A stretch of 64,000 nucleotides of DNA, from contig OZ253580.1 in assembly GCA_965263035.1 (NCBI GenBank), positions 1,792,001 to 1,856,000 of the forward strand. The letters are read 5' to 3'. This DNA comes from Acidobacteriota bacterium (lineage in GTDB: Bacteria > Acidobacteriota > UBA6911 > RPQK01 > JAJDTT01). The position numbers and the translations under genes are program-made. Positions 48,698 to 58,764 of the stretch are shown piece after piece (position 1 is the first letter of the stretch; every line of letters begins with the position of its first letter). The notes under the pieces are model-generated. The model did no database searches. It was not told where the DNA came from and saw only the letters and a program-made list of their open reading frames with translations.

Positions 48698-50836
48698 TTA
48701 CCGGCTCGTCCCCGCCTCGGGCAGGGCGAAGGCCACGTAGGTGTCTCCCGACGGAGTACCCATTTTTCCTCCCCCGGCGGCGATGACGACGAACTGCCGG
48801 CCCTCGACCGCGAAGGTGGCTGGAGTGGCGTAGCCCCCCCAAGGCAACCGGGTCTCCCAGAGAATCCTTCCCGTATCCGTATCGAACGCCCGGAATCGCT
48901 CGTCCATGGTCGCGCCGATGAAGAGCAAGCCGCCGGCGGTGACGACGGGTCCGCCGTAGTTCGTGGTTCCAGTGGGTGGAATTCCGCGCTCGGTCAGCTC
49001 GTCCAGACGACCCAGCGGCACCTGCCAGACGAGGGTCCCTGCATTGAGATCGAGAGCCGTCAACTGGCCCCATGGGGGCTTGATGGCCGGGTACCCGTCC
49101 GGGTCCAGGAAGTGATTGTATCCCGTGAACGTGTAGGGGATCCGGCCTTCGGTGACGGCCCATGGCGGGACGTTGTCGGCGTCGGCGCCGGCGAGAAAAT
49201 CGACCACCGCGTCCAATTCCAGGTCCGAGAGTCGGGGCATGGGCGCCATCCGGCCCACACCCAGCCGGATCAGATCCCGGGTTTCCTTGCGAGGATAGAC
49301 CTGCTCCAAGGGGAGCGGAGGATTGTTGTGGCGCGGACTGCCTTGCCGCCGGTCCCCGTGGCAGCCGGCGCAGTGGAGCTGATAGACGCGGGCTCCGGGT
49401 GACGGCTCCGGAAGTTGCCGATCCTGCGTAGAGACCATGGTCAGGATCCACGGCATCTCGGTGGAGTTGACGTACAACCTGCCGTTGGAAGCGTCGAAGG
49501 CCGCGCCGCCCCATTCGCCGCCGCCGTTGAAACCGGGAAAGACGAGAGTTCCCTGAGTGCTGGGCGGTTCATACATGTTGCCCCGGCGAACCTGGCGAAA
49601 GCGTTCGTCGACGGCGGCGCGAGCGCGTGGCGAGAGGTCTGTGACGTCCGCTTCGGTGAAGGACTGACGGGAGAAGGGGGGCGGTTTGAGGGGAAACGGC
49701 TGCGTGGGCCAAGCCTGCTCCCCGGCCAGGTCCGAGGGGGGCACCGGCCTCTCCTCCACCGGAAACAGCGGTTCACCCGTATCCCGGTCCAAGACGAAGA
49801 CGTCTCCCCACTTGGTGATCTGGGCGACGGCATCGATCCTCCTGCCCTCCCGGTTCAACGTGACCAGATTGGGGGGCGCGGGCAGGTCCCGGTCCCAAAG
49901 ATCGTGGTGCACGGCTTGGAAATGCCACTGGAGCTCTCCGCTGTCGGCGGCGAGGGCCAGGACGCAATTGCCGTACAGGTTCTTTCCCTTCCGGTCCCCG
50001 CCCCAGAAGTCGAAGGACGGCGATCCGGTGGAGGCGAAGACGATCCCACGCTTTTCATCCACCGTCATCCCGGCCCAGGCGTTGGCGCCGCCCGCGTAGG
50101 TCCAGGCATCCGCCGGCCAGGTCTCGTGTCCCTTCTCACCCGGCCGCGGCACCGTGTGGAAGGTCCATCGGAGTCGGCCCGTCCGGACGTCGAAGGCTCG
50201 AATGTGTCCGGGCATGGCGGGTCCGGGTCCCTCTCCAACCCGACTGCCCACAATCAGGAGGTCCTGGTATAGGGCGGGCGGGGTAGTCAACACGACCCAG
50301 GCCTTTTCCAAGTCTTCGGATCCCAAGCCGGCCCTCAGGTCGATTCGGCCGTTGTCCCCGAAGGACGGGGCCGGCAGCCCGGTTGCAGCGTCCAACCCCA
50401 AGAGGAGATGCCCCGCAGGGTAGAAGATCCTCTGTTCGGATCCGCCTTCCCAGTAGACAAGGCCACGATTCACGCTCGTCGAGCTGAGTCCGGCCTCCTC
50501 GACCGGATCGTAGACCCAGATCTCCTGCCCTGTCGCTGCATCCAGACAGAAGGCCTTCAGCATTGGCGACGTGCCGAACAGACGGCCCCCGACGACGAGG
50601 GGATTGCACTGGATCTGACTGGATTCGGTATTGTCCCCGGTGCCGTAGGACCAGGCGATCTGCAGCCGGTGCACGTTTTTCCGGTTGATCTGGTCCAAGG
50701 AGGAATAGTGGGAGGCCGCGGCGTCCCCCAGGTAGACCGGCCAGTCCGACGGATCCGCGTCGCTCACCGGCCGGCAACCGGCCTGAGTCGTCAGACAGAC
50801 GAAGACCAGGACCGGGAGAGCAAGGAGTATTCTCAT
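48698..50836 (-). CDS. PQQ-dependent glucose/quinate-type dehydrogenase with inserted cytochrome c domain
   Basis: YSSLDQIN, GGANAW, HHDLWDRD, PPWG and TGRILWE repeats, plus one CxxCH (CAGCH) inserted in the propeller. Confidence 0.88.
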   Translation of the reverse strand: MRILLALPVLVFVCLTTQAGCRPVSDADPSDWPVYLGDAAASHYSSLDQINRKNVHRLQIAWSYGTGDNTESSQIQCNPLVVGGRLFGTSPMLKAFCLDAATGQEIWVYDPVEEAGLSSTSVNRGLVYWEGGSEQRIFYPAGHLLLGLDAATGLPAPSFGDNGRIDLRAGLGSEDLEKAWVVLTTPPALYQDLLIVGSRVGEGPGPAMPGHIRAFDVRTGRLRWTFHTVPRPGEKGHETWPADAWTYAGGANAWAGMTVDEKRGIVFASTGSPSFDFWGGDRKGKNLYGNCVLALAADSGELQWHFQAVHHDLWDRDLPAPPNLVTLNREGRRIDAVAQITKWGDVFVLDRDTGEPLFPVEERPVPPSDLAGEQAWPTQPFPLKPPPFSRQSFTEADVTDLSPRARAAVDERFRQVRRGNMYEPPSTQGTLVFPGFNGGGEWGGAAFDASNGRLYVNSTEMPWILTMVSTQDRQLPEPSPGARVYQLHCAGCHGDRRQGSPRHNNPPLPLEQVYPRKETRDLIRLGVGRMAPMPRLSDLELDAVVDFLAGADADNVPPWAVTEGRIPYTFTGYNHFLDPDGYPAIKPPWGQLTALDLNAGTLVWQVPLGRLDELTERGIPPTGTTNYGGPVVTAGGLLFIGATMDERFRAFDTDTGRILWETRLPWGGYATPATFAVEGRQFVVIAAGGGKMGTPSGDTYVAFALPEAGTSR

Positions 50837-50988
50837 TTCGAACCGAACACGGGGACCGTGCCCCTCGCGTTCAGTCTACTACCAACTGCGGGGACGAAGC
50901 TCTTTCCAGTGGTCCGGGGGCGCACGAGGAAGGAACCGTTTCCGCCGTGGCTCACCCACGGTTTCAAAACCACCGATAGCAGACCCTA

Positions 50989-52626
50989 ATGAGAGAATTC
51001 ACAGCTGATCTCATGCGATTACTTCATTTTGGGCGTCGCGTCATCGCGACGGCGCTACTACTGGTCCCGCTCCTCGGCTGCTCTCCGGCGGCTTCGTCTC
51101 CCGGTATGGAGCAACCCACGGAGCAAGAAACGGTTTCCGCCGGTGTCGAGATCGAAGAGCTGAGGCACAAAGCCCGGTGGCGCAAGCGGCGCCTCATCTT
51201 CAACAACGACGGCGACGACGCTCTCTTCTTTCCGTCCGACCTACCCGTCACGCCGCGGAACCTTCTGGAACGCCGGACCATCCCCGTCATCGGGACCCAG
51301 GTGGACACGGTTTTCTATTGCACCACCCAGAGCATCGGCGCCTACACCCATCGCAGTGAGGTCGCCGAACTCCTGGTGCGGGACCTGCCCAGAGAGGGAT
51401 TTCGGAACTCGGTCGGCGAATTCGCCAAACAGGATACGGACCCGTTGGAGATCGTAACGGAGCACTGCAGGAAAGAGGGGATCGAGATCTTCGCCACCCT
51501 GCGCATGAACGATGTCCACGACAGCTCCGACCGGTTCTCGGTCCTGGGTTCCAAGTTCAAGCGGAAACACCGCCTGGCTCTTTTCGGGACCTCCCGAAAG
51601 CCGCCTCCATACGGGTACTGGTCGGGTGCCGATTTCAGTTGGAAAGTGATTCGGAACATGACCTTCCAGGTGTTGGAGGAGATGGCCTCCAACTACGATC
51701 TGGACGGCCTGGAACTCGATTTTTGGCGCCACCCTCCGTATTTCAAGACCTATGCCTGGGGAGAACCGGTCACTCGCGAAGAAACGGAATCCATCACCCG
51801 GCTGATGCGTCGAGTCCGCAGGATGGCCGATGCCCGGGGCCGGGAGCGGGGACGGCCACTGCTGATCGCGGTCCGGGTCATGGACTCGCCCGAGTTGAGT
51901 CAGGACATGGGGTTGGACCTGGTGACCTGGCTCCGGGAAGACCTGGTGGATCTGGTGATCGTCGGCGAGGTGGCGTTGGCGCCCTGGGAGGAGACCATCC
52001 GGCTGGCTCATCGTTACGGCGTGCCCGTCTATCCCTGCATCCGAAGGTCCATCATCGGGGAAGAACGGGGATCACTGGAGTCGTTCCGGGCTCAGGCCCT
52101 GACGGCCTGGAAGCAGGGGGCCGACGGGATCTATCTCTTCAATCTATTTCCCGAAGAGGACCACGACCGGAAGTATCGCGAGCTGGGAGACCCGAATGGC
52201 CTGGAGCGGCTGGACAAGCTCTACAGCCTGGACCCGGTGGGCCGGGAATCCTTCAAGCGGTACATCCACGACTTTGAGAAATACAAGGCGCAAGAGCCTG
52301 TTTCTCCTCTCTCTCCGGTGGAGTTGGAACCGGACACGAACTACACCATCCCCATGTACCTGGCCGACCGGTCCCTGAGCCAGGCCATCGTCGGCAAGCG
52401 TCCCCTGGTGCGGGCCCGCCTGCAGTTGGAAAACCTGGACCCGGAGGCAGCGGTTCGGTTTTCGGTCAACGGTCATCGGCTGGAAGCCGAAGAGAGGGTC
52501 CAGGACGAACTCCGCTTTTCGATCTCGCCCACGCGGCTGCACACGGGATACAATCACTTCCGCATTTCCGTCCCGGCCGGCCCGGCGCCGCGCTTGAAGG
52601 ACATCCTGGTGAGCGTTCTCTACTGA
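50989..52626 (+). CDS. GHL10-like glycoside hydrolase lipoprotein
   Basis: Lipobox LLGC, FNNDG, RMNDVH, DGLELDF and GADGIYLFN. Paralog of 2672..4345. Confidence 0.65.
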   Translation: MREFTADLMRLLHFGRRVIATALLLVPLLGCSPAASSPGMEQPTEQETVSAGVEIEELRHKARWRKRRLIFNNDGDDALFFPSDLPVTPRNLLERRTIPVIGTQVDTVFYCTTQSIGAYTHRSEVAELLVRDLPREGFRNSVGEFAKQDTDPLEIVTEHCRKEGIEIFATLRMNDVHDSSDRFSVLGSKFKRKHRLALFGTSRKPPPYGYWSGADFSWKVIRNMTFQVLEEMASNYDLDGLELDFWRHPPYFKTYAWGEPVTREETESITRLMRRVRRMADARGRERGRPLLIAVRVMDSPELSQDMGLDLVTWLREDLVDLVIVGEVALAPWEETIRLAHRYGVPVYPCIRRSIIGEERGSLESFRAQALTAWKQGADGIYLFNLFPEEDHDRKYRELGDPNGLERLDKLYSLDPVGRESFKRYIHDFEKYKAQEPVSPLSPVELEPDTNYTIPMYLADRSLSQAIVGKRPLVRARLQLENLDPEAAVRFSVNGHRLEAEERVQDELRFSISPTRLHTGYNHFRISVPAGPAPRLKDILVSVLY

Positions 52627-52686
52627 TCGGACGCCGCCTTGCCGGCGCAGGCAATAAGTTCAAATCCGGACCGAGAGGAGGTCGAC

Positions 52687-53244
52687 ATGGTTTCAGTCGT
52701 TTCACTTTGGCTTCCGGTGCTGCTTTCGGCGGTGCTGGTCTTCATCGTCAGCTCCATCATTCACATGGTGCTCCGGTACCACAGGGCGGACGTGGGACCG
52801 GTTCCCGAAGAGGCCGAGGTGATGGCCGCACTCCGGCCGTTCAAGATCCCGCCGGGGAACTACTGCATTCCGCACGCCGCGGACCCCAAGGAAATGGGCT
52901 CGCCGGAGTTCATCGAGAAGACCAACAAAGGCCCGGTGGCCATCATCACGGTGCTCCCCAACGGGCCGACGAAAATGGGGCCGAGTCTCGCCATGTGGTT
53001 CGGATACTGCGTGATCGTCGGAGCCGTGGCCGGCTACGCGGCCGGACTGACCATCGGACCGGGCGCCGACTACATGGCCGTCTTCAAAATGGTCAGCGTG
53101 GTCGCCTTCGCCGGTTACTCGCTGGCGATCCTGCAGAACGCCATCTGGTGGCATCGAGGCTGGGGTTTCACGCTGCGCACCATGTTCGACGGTCTGATCT
53201 ATGCTCTTCTCACCGGCGGAACTTTCGGCTGGCTCTGGCCCTGA
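52687..53244 (+). CDS. Membrane hypothetical protein (about 4 TM helices)
   Basis: GAGGAGG RBS, hydrophobic segments and a GWLWP terminus. Confidence 0.75.
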   Translation: MVSVVSLWLPVLLSAVLVFIVSSIIHMVLRYHRADVGPVPEEAEVMAALRPFKIPPGNYCIPHAADPKEMGSPEFIEKTNKGPVAIITVLPNGPTKMGPSLAMWFGYCVIVGAVAGYAAGLTIGPGADYMAVFKMVSVVAFAGYSLAILQNAIWWHRGWGFTLRTMFDGLIYALLTGGTFGWLWP

Positions 53245-53272
53245 CCGGCGGTGGCAACGGAGGCAATTCGGA

Positions 53273-53851
53273 ATGGCCATAAGTGACAACCGCGACCGTC
53301 CGATGCGCAACAGCTACTGGATCAAGCCGGGCTGTTTTGCGGCAGGCGAGTACCCTGGCCATTGGGACCCCGTCCGGGCCCCCGAAAAGGTTCGCAAGTT
53401 GCTCGCCGCGGGAATCGACCACTTCATCGACCTGACGGAGTCGGGCGAGTTGGAGCCCTATGCTGGAATCGTCGCGAAGGAGGCCCGTCGACTCGGCCTG
53501 GACATCGGGTGGGAGCGACATCCAATTGTCGACCTGAGCATCCCGTCCTCCCCCGGACAGATGGTCAGGATTCTCGATGCCGTCGACGCCGCTCTCGGCG
53601 ATGGCAAGACTCTTTACGTTCACTGCTGGGGCGGTGTGGGAAGAACCGGCACCACCGTGGGCTGTTGGTTGGTCCGGCATGGATCCTCGGGTGACGAAGC
53701 CCTGCGACAGATCGCCGAGTGGTGGCAGGGAATGGGAAAAATCTTCTTCCACCCCCGATCGCCGGAAACCCGGGAACAGAGAGAGTACGTCCGGTCCTGG
53801 ACCGAACCCTCGGCCGGCTCCGTGACTGGCAACCTGGGCGAGGCCCGATAG
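53273..53851 (+). CDS. Dual-specificity/tyrosine phosphatase family protein
   Basis: HCWGGVGRTG P-loop, a PIVD acid loop and SPETREQ. Confidence 0.88.
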   Translation: MAISDNRDRPMRNSYWIKPGCFAAGEYPGHWDPVRAPEKVRKLLAAGIDHFIDLTESGELEPYAGIVAKEARRLGLDIGWERHPIVDLSIPSSPGQMVRILDAVDAALGDGKTLYVHCWGGVGRTGTTVGCWLVRHGSSGDEALRQIAEWWQGMGKIFFHPRSPETREQREYVRSWTEPSAGSVTGNLGEAR

Positions 53852-53897
53852 TCAACGCCGGCCGGCATGCCGCCGCGGCCCAGAGTCCACTTCTCGT

Positions 53898-54329
53898 CTA
53901 TCTGTCAGGCGGGTACGAAATCAGCCGGAAACCCTGCTGAGCAAAGTGCCGGTCGAAAGCAAACGCCGTGGAAATTCCGCGCTGGCGCATCATTGCGAAG
54001 CTCGAACAGTCCACCAGGCTGAGGTCCCTTCTATTGACTCCGAGCAGGGTTGCGACGGCGTTCGTGTGGTGCGCGTCATCGATCACCACAACAGTCACCA
54101 CCGGCAGGAGATCGTTGTACAAAGCGCGCACCGCGTCCATCCCGAGCCGTGCTTGGACGAGGGATGTCGTTTCCACACAGACGTAGCTCGATGTCACCAA
54201 CAATGCTCCGGCTTGGATCAGTTCACGCCATGCCGTTCTCGCATGAGCATGCACTTCGTCGTCGGCATCCAAAACAGCGTGGAGAGCGGATGTGTCGACA
54301 AATACCCGATCACCTCTCGGATGCTTCAT
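53898..54329 (-). CDS. vapC: PIN-domain toxin (VapC family)
   Basis: VFVDTSA, VETT, LSLVDCSSF and FAFDRHF acidic PIN motifs. Confidence 0.88.
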   Translation of the reverse strand: MKHPRGDRVFVDTSALHAVLDADDEVHAHARTAWRELIQAGALLVTSSYVCVETTSLVQARLGMDAVRALYNDLLPVVTVVVIDDAHHTNAVATLLGVNRRDLSLVDCSSFAMMRQRGISTAFAFDRHFAQQGFRLISYPPDR

Positions 54330-54576
54330 AGGCAGAGACCAGAAAGTCGTCGTGGCGGCGGGCGACATCGCTACGCCCGGAGTGAAACCGTCCGGCTGCG
54401 GAGATTGCACGCTGCGCACGAGTCGTGTGGGCCCCCTGCCCCATCTGAGCCAGGACATTGTCCACGCCGTTGCGTACCAACTCGGAAATCGACAACCCGC
54501 GTTCCGCGGCAAGCGCTCGCAACCGGTGAAGCTGCCGTTCCTTCAACTGAACTTGAGTCCGAATCATAGGCATCAT
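54310..54576 (-). CDS. RHH antitoxin (VapB/CopG-like)
   Basis: MIRTQVQL...SISELVR and D.ARRHDDFL. Overlaps the toxin start. Confidence 0.8.
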   Translation of the reverse strand: MMPMIRTQVQLKERQLHRLRALAAERGLSISELVRNGVDNVLAQMGQGAHTTRAQRAISAAGRFHSGRSDVARRHDDFLVSAYEASER

Positions 54577-54662
54577 GATGTTATTTCATCGCTGGCATCA
54601 CAACATGCTGTTTCGGTATCCAGAATTGGATCCGGAAATGGCGACTGCCTGATCGCAGTGCC

Positions 54663-56186
54663 TCACTCGTTTCCCTCCCGGAGCCGGTTTACGGTGTAGG
54701 CGGCCAGTTTGGTCACCAACGGTTCACCATCTCGGGAACTGATCCTCCGGCTTGGACGCAGTTCGTAGACCCGTCCCGTCAACATTGGATCCGAAAGGCG
54801 GAGCGACACTCGGTGTCCATCTTCGGAAATGGACACCTTCTCGATCCGGACCGGAGTGACGTCCGTCTTGGGAGACCCGTATTCCCCGTGGTAGCGGTAG
54901 TAGTAGTGGATCAGGGAATAGTCTTCGGCTAGTGCCGCGGTGGCCGGATCCACGGGCTTGGTGAAGATGAGGTCGAACCCCGATTCGGTCAGCCGCATCT
55001 CCTGAATGTCCAGGGGAGTCTTTCCCGTCCAGGCCACCCGCTGCAATCCCTCTCCGACTCCCCAAATCCGTGAGGTCTGCGCCACATAGAGATCTCCATT
55101 CGGGGAGAACGCCAGCCGAATGTTTCCCTTGCGAAGCCCGCGCCCCTCGATGAACGGGAAGCAGGCCCCCTGATAGGTCCCCGCGACCTTCTCCAGATAG
55201 ACCCTGTGAATCCGGGGATAGGTCCAGTCGGCGATGAACATCTGGCCCGGGTAGGGGCCGAACCGTCCTCCGGTGCGGTCTTCCAGAGGCTGTCCCAGGG
55301 AACCGGCCATGTCGTTCTGAGGAAACTGGATCGCCGGCATCTTGCGCCAGCGCGCCAACGTCTCCACCTCGATGTCCACGGGGTTGATGCCCTCGAAGTC
55401 CGGATGCCAATTCAGAGAGGAGGGATGTCCATAAAACGATCCGGGCGTGACATGATGCAGAGGAGAGGTCCCGACCCAGCCCCCCTGGTTGTCGGTGGCG
55501 AACAGTGCGCCTTCCCGATTGAACCCCAGGCCGTTGGGCTGCCGGAAACCGGAGGCAACGGGCACGAAGTCGCCGGCAGGAGTGATCTTGATCACCCAGC
55601 CGCGGTAGGACACGGGTGAATTGTGCCCGAACCGGCCCACCGTTCCGGGCTTGGGGTTTTCGGCGACCCGGCTCCGAGTCGTCGCCGGTCCCCGGCCCAA
55701 GAACCTGTGACGGGCCGAACCCGAGGCCAATCCCAAACCCATGTAGAAATTCCCCTCCCCATCCCGGGCCAGACCGTACACGAACTCGTGGTAGTTGCCC
55801 GACATTCCCCATTGGTCGCTGAGGGTCTGGTAGTGATCGGCCCGTTCGTCTCCATCGGTGTCGACGATCCGCGTCAATTCGGACAGCTGTGCCACGAAGT
55901 ATTCCCCCGGCTTCCCGGCGACGATACCCAGTGGGACCTGGAGTCCGGTGGCGAACCGGCTCCAGCGGCCCGAGTCCGGATCCCGCCGATAGAGGCCCCC
56001 GCGGCGAAAGCAGGCCACCAGCCGGCCACGCGGATCGAAATCGATCCCGCCCACCTCGGGTGCCACTCCCGGGGGCGTCTCCACGGTCTCGACCCGGTAG
56101 CTCTCCCTGGGGACCTGGGCCAAGGCAGGAGACAGTCCGACCCACGCCGCCAACCAGAACAGGAGCAGGACTCCGATACGTCTCAT
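54663..56186 (-). CDS. Secreted beta-propeller protein (membrane-bound dehydrogenase/sugar-dehydrogenase-like domain)
   Basis: Signal peptide, DTDGDERAD, GNYHEF, SGFRQPNG, TDNQG and YQGACFPF. ATGA overlap with the upstream cytochrome. Confidence 0.7.
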   Translation of the reverse strand: MRRIGVLLLFWLAAWVGLSPALAQVPRESYRVETVETPPGVAPEVGGIDFDPRGRLVACFRRGGLYRRDPDSGRWSRFATGLQVPLGIVAGKPGEYFVAQLSELTRIVDTDGDERADHYQTLSDQWGMSGNYHEFVYGLARDGEGNFYMGLGLASGSARHRFLGRGPATTRSRVAENPKPGTVGRFGHNSPVSYRGWVIKITPAGDFVPVASGFRQPNGLGFNREGALFATDNQGGWVGTSPLHHVTPGSFYGHPSSLNWHPDFEGINPVDIEVETLARWRKMPAIQFPQNDMAGSLGQPLEDRTGGRFGPYPGQMFIADWTYPRIHRVYLEKVAGTYQGACFPFIEGRGLRKGNIRLAFSPNGDLYVAQTSRIWGVGEGLQRVAWTGKTPLDIQEMRLTESGFDLIFTKPVDPATAALAEDYSLIHYYYRYHGEYGSPKTDVTPVRIEKVSISEDGHRVSLRLSDPMLTGRVYELRPSRRISSRDGEPLVTKLAAYTVNRLREGNE

Positions 56187-58693
56187 TCTCTTGCGCTCAG
56201 GACCAGGATCTCGAATCGGATGTCTCCGTCGATGGGAATCCGAATGCTCTCCTTCTCTACGGTTCCCCGGCTCGCGGTCACCCGAACCGGACCTTCGACA
56301 CCCGCGTCGAACCGGAGCGGAACCTGGACCCGCTCGATCCGGAACTCCCACCGAAACCCGTCCGCTGCTCCGGTGGGGCGGATTCGTTCGTAGACCTCCG
56401 CTCCGGCCACCGAGTAATGGAATTCCGGGACGTCGTCCCGCATGCGGTAGCCTTCGAAGCGAGTTTCCGGAAGGCTTTCGGAATCGGCCAGCCGGAACGG
56501 GAAACGGGTCGACCGGAAAAAACGCCTCCCCGGGATCTGCGGGGTCAGAGTGTAACCGTCGTCTCCGGTCTTCCGGCGCAGGGTTTCCTCAAGGTCCAGA
56601 AACCTCCCCCGCCAGGCGTACAGAAGACGGTGGGAGCCGGCATCGAAGCAGTAGGAGAGGCCGCCGGGCAGGCCCACCGCGATCGCCGCCGGAGTCGCCT
56701 CCTGCATGATGGTCCGGACCACGACGCTCCCATCGGACGGAACCGGGCGGCTTTCGGCCGTCCAGGGATCGCGCGGCGGATCCATCCCGACGGGAAAAGG
56801 ACCGGCCCTGCCGACGCCGAGCGCCCCCCAGATCCTCTGAAGGCTTTCTTCCCTCTCCTCCGGTGCGATGTCCGTGAAGTGCTCCGGCATCGAGGTCCCG
56901 GAGAGGATCCGGGCAGGATTCAACATGAATCGCCGGTACCACGGGTACCGGAGACGATGCGCGGCCTCGGCCAACTGGGGCGCCTTCTCCCCCTGGGCGC
57001 GGTAGTCCGCCCAGTCATGACAACTGATACAGCCCAGGCTCTTTCCTTCCGTGTCCCGCCCCAAAAGCGTCAGTCCTCGATGCGTATCTTGCTGGGAGGT
57101 CACCGACTCCACGGCAGGAGCCGAAGGGTCGAGACCCGAAGCCTGGGCGAACCCGTGGATCAGCGGCTCCACCTGGTTTCGAGGAAACCTGGGCATGCGC
57201 AGTGAGATCCAACTTCGAAGCCGGACCTTTCCCAGCAGCGCCTCTTCCAGGAACTCGAGCCGGAGCTTCTCTCCGGCCGCAGTCAGAACCGGCGCTCCGG
57301 CCGCCTGCCCGCCGCCGAAGTGGTCCATGACATGACAGGCCGTGCAGCGAAGCCGGCGGACCCGCCGGTAGAAGTCGTAGACGGGCGCGGGACTGATGTC
57401 GGGGAACCGTTCTTGAAGGCGGAGAAAGTCTCGAATCGCCGCCCGCTGTTCCCCGTCCAGGCGATACCGGGGAAGAGTGGGTCCGGGGTCTTCCGCCAGA
57501 CACCCTGCATCGAGGGAAAGCGAAGCGACCGAGTGAGGAAGAACGGGGACAGTGGCCGGTTCCCGGGCCTCCAGCCGGTGGCAGGAGAGACATCCCCGGG
57601 ACCGGATCAGCTCCTCTCCGCGGGCCGAATTGCCGTCCGGTATCGACTGCTCCGGAGATCGCGGTGCGGAACCGGCCAAGTAGGCGGCAATCTGCAGCGC
57701 CTCCGCGTCGTCCAGGTGCAGCGAGGGCATGCGGTTTCCAGGATGGTGGCGGAAGGGGTCCTTCAGATAATGGGCCAAACCGGCTACGGTCAGCTTCGAC
57801 CCGACGCCGTCCAAGGAGTAACTTTCCGCCGTATGGCATGCCGTGCAACCCAACGAGAGGTAGAGATCGCGGCCGCGGTCGGCGTCCACACCCGACCGGT
57901 CCGTTTCTCGATTCGGCAGGGCGGTGATCGGCCGCGACGTGAGAAACGCCGTCACGTCTCTGGCCGCCTCCGCGTCGAGCAATGCCGGCATGGTGGCGTC
58001 GGAGCGGACCGCGGCCGGATCGACGAGCCATTCGTGGAGCCAAGCCGGGTTCAACCCAGCGGCGGCGCTCAAGTCGGGTCCGCGGCGGCGATCCAGGGAT
58101 TCAGACCCACTCTCGTGGCAGTTGACACATCCCAGGTTCTCTACCAGGTCTCGACCCCGTTCGACCCGGTTCTGGTCCGCACCGGGCGCGCTCTCCGGTT
58201 CATGGAACAGGACCCGGGAAGGGACCGGCTCCAGAGAAAAATGCTCCGATTCCCAGCGCAGCCGGAGCTGGGCCGGCCCCGGAAGCCGCCGATATCTCAG
58301 CCGAATGCGATGTCGGCCGGCGCCCAGGGTCACGGCTTCGCTGCCGACCTTCTTACCGCCGACCTCCAACTGGCCGCCGCCCTCGAATCGATAGCGGCCC
58401 GTCTCCAGAATCGACAGGAACCCCTCCCACTCGGCTTGGAAACCGGGATCCAGGGAAGGATGCAGGGACTCTCCTTCCTCCAGGTAGAAATTGGGCGTCG
58501 GAGTCACCAAGTGGACCCGATGCCGTCCGTCTTCGTAGCGGGCGGCCAATCCGGGCCGAAGCTCCCTCTTCCCGAGGCCCGGCGGTCCCGGAGGCGGACC
58601 CGTCTCACCTCCCGGACGGCAGGCACCCATGACGGTCAAGACGAAAAGTATGAGAAGGCCGTCAAACCGGAATCGCCTCGATTTCGCGTTCAC
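56183..58693 (-). CDS. Multiheme c-type cytochrome lipoprotein with PA14-like domain
   Basis: Five CxxCH motifs (CVNCH, CTACH, CLSCH, CTACH, CISCH), lipobox-like MGAC and PA14-like FQAEWEG...LRLRWES. The GTG start is estimated. Confidence 0.82.
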   Translation of the reverse strand: MNAKSRRFRFDGLLILFVLTVMGACRPGGETGPPPGPPGLGKRELRPGLAARYEDGRHRVHLVTPTPNFYLEEGESLHPSLDPGFQAEWEGFLSILETGRYRFEGGGQLEVGGKKVGSEAVTLGAGRHRIRLRYRRLPGPAQLRLRWESEHFSLEPVPSRVLFHEPESAPGADQNRVERGRDLVENLGCVNCHESGSESLDRRRGPDLSAAAGLNPAWLHEWLVDPAAVRSDATMPALLDAEAARDVTAFLTSRPITALPNRETDRSGVDADRGRDLYLSLGCTACHTAESYSLDGVGSKLTVAGLAHYLKDPFRHHPGNRMPSLHLDDAEALQIAAYLAGSAPRSPEQSIPDGNSARGEELIRSRGCLSCHRLEAREPATVPVLPHSVASLSLDAGCLAEDPGPTLPRYRLDGEQRAAIRDFLRLQERFPDISPAPVYDFYRRVRRLRCTACHVMDHFGGGQAAGAPVLTAAGEKLRLEFLEEALLGKVRLRSWISLRMPRFPRNQVEPLIHGFAQASGLDPSAPAVESVTSQQDTHRGLTLLGRDTEGKSLGCISCHDWADYRAQGEKAPQLAEAAHRLRYPWYRRFMLNPARILSGTSMPEHFTDIAPEEREESLQRIWGALGVGRAGPFPVGMDPPRDPWTAESRPVPSDGSVVVRTIMQEATPAAIAVGLPGGLSYCFDAGSHRLLYAWRGRFLDLEETLRRKTGDDGYTLTPQIPGRRFFRSTRFPFRLADSESLPETRFEGYRMRDDVPEFHYSVAGAEVYERIRPTGAADGFRWEFRIERVQVPLRFDAGVEGPVRVTASRGTVEKESIRIPIDGDIRFEILVLSARE

Positions 58694-58764
58694 GGATGAA
58701 CCGGCCCCTCTCCCCCATGCCCGAATCGGACCGACGGGAATGGGTCCTGGCGATCCGGCAAGCT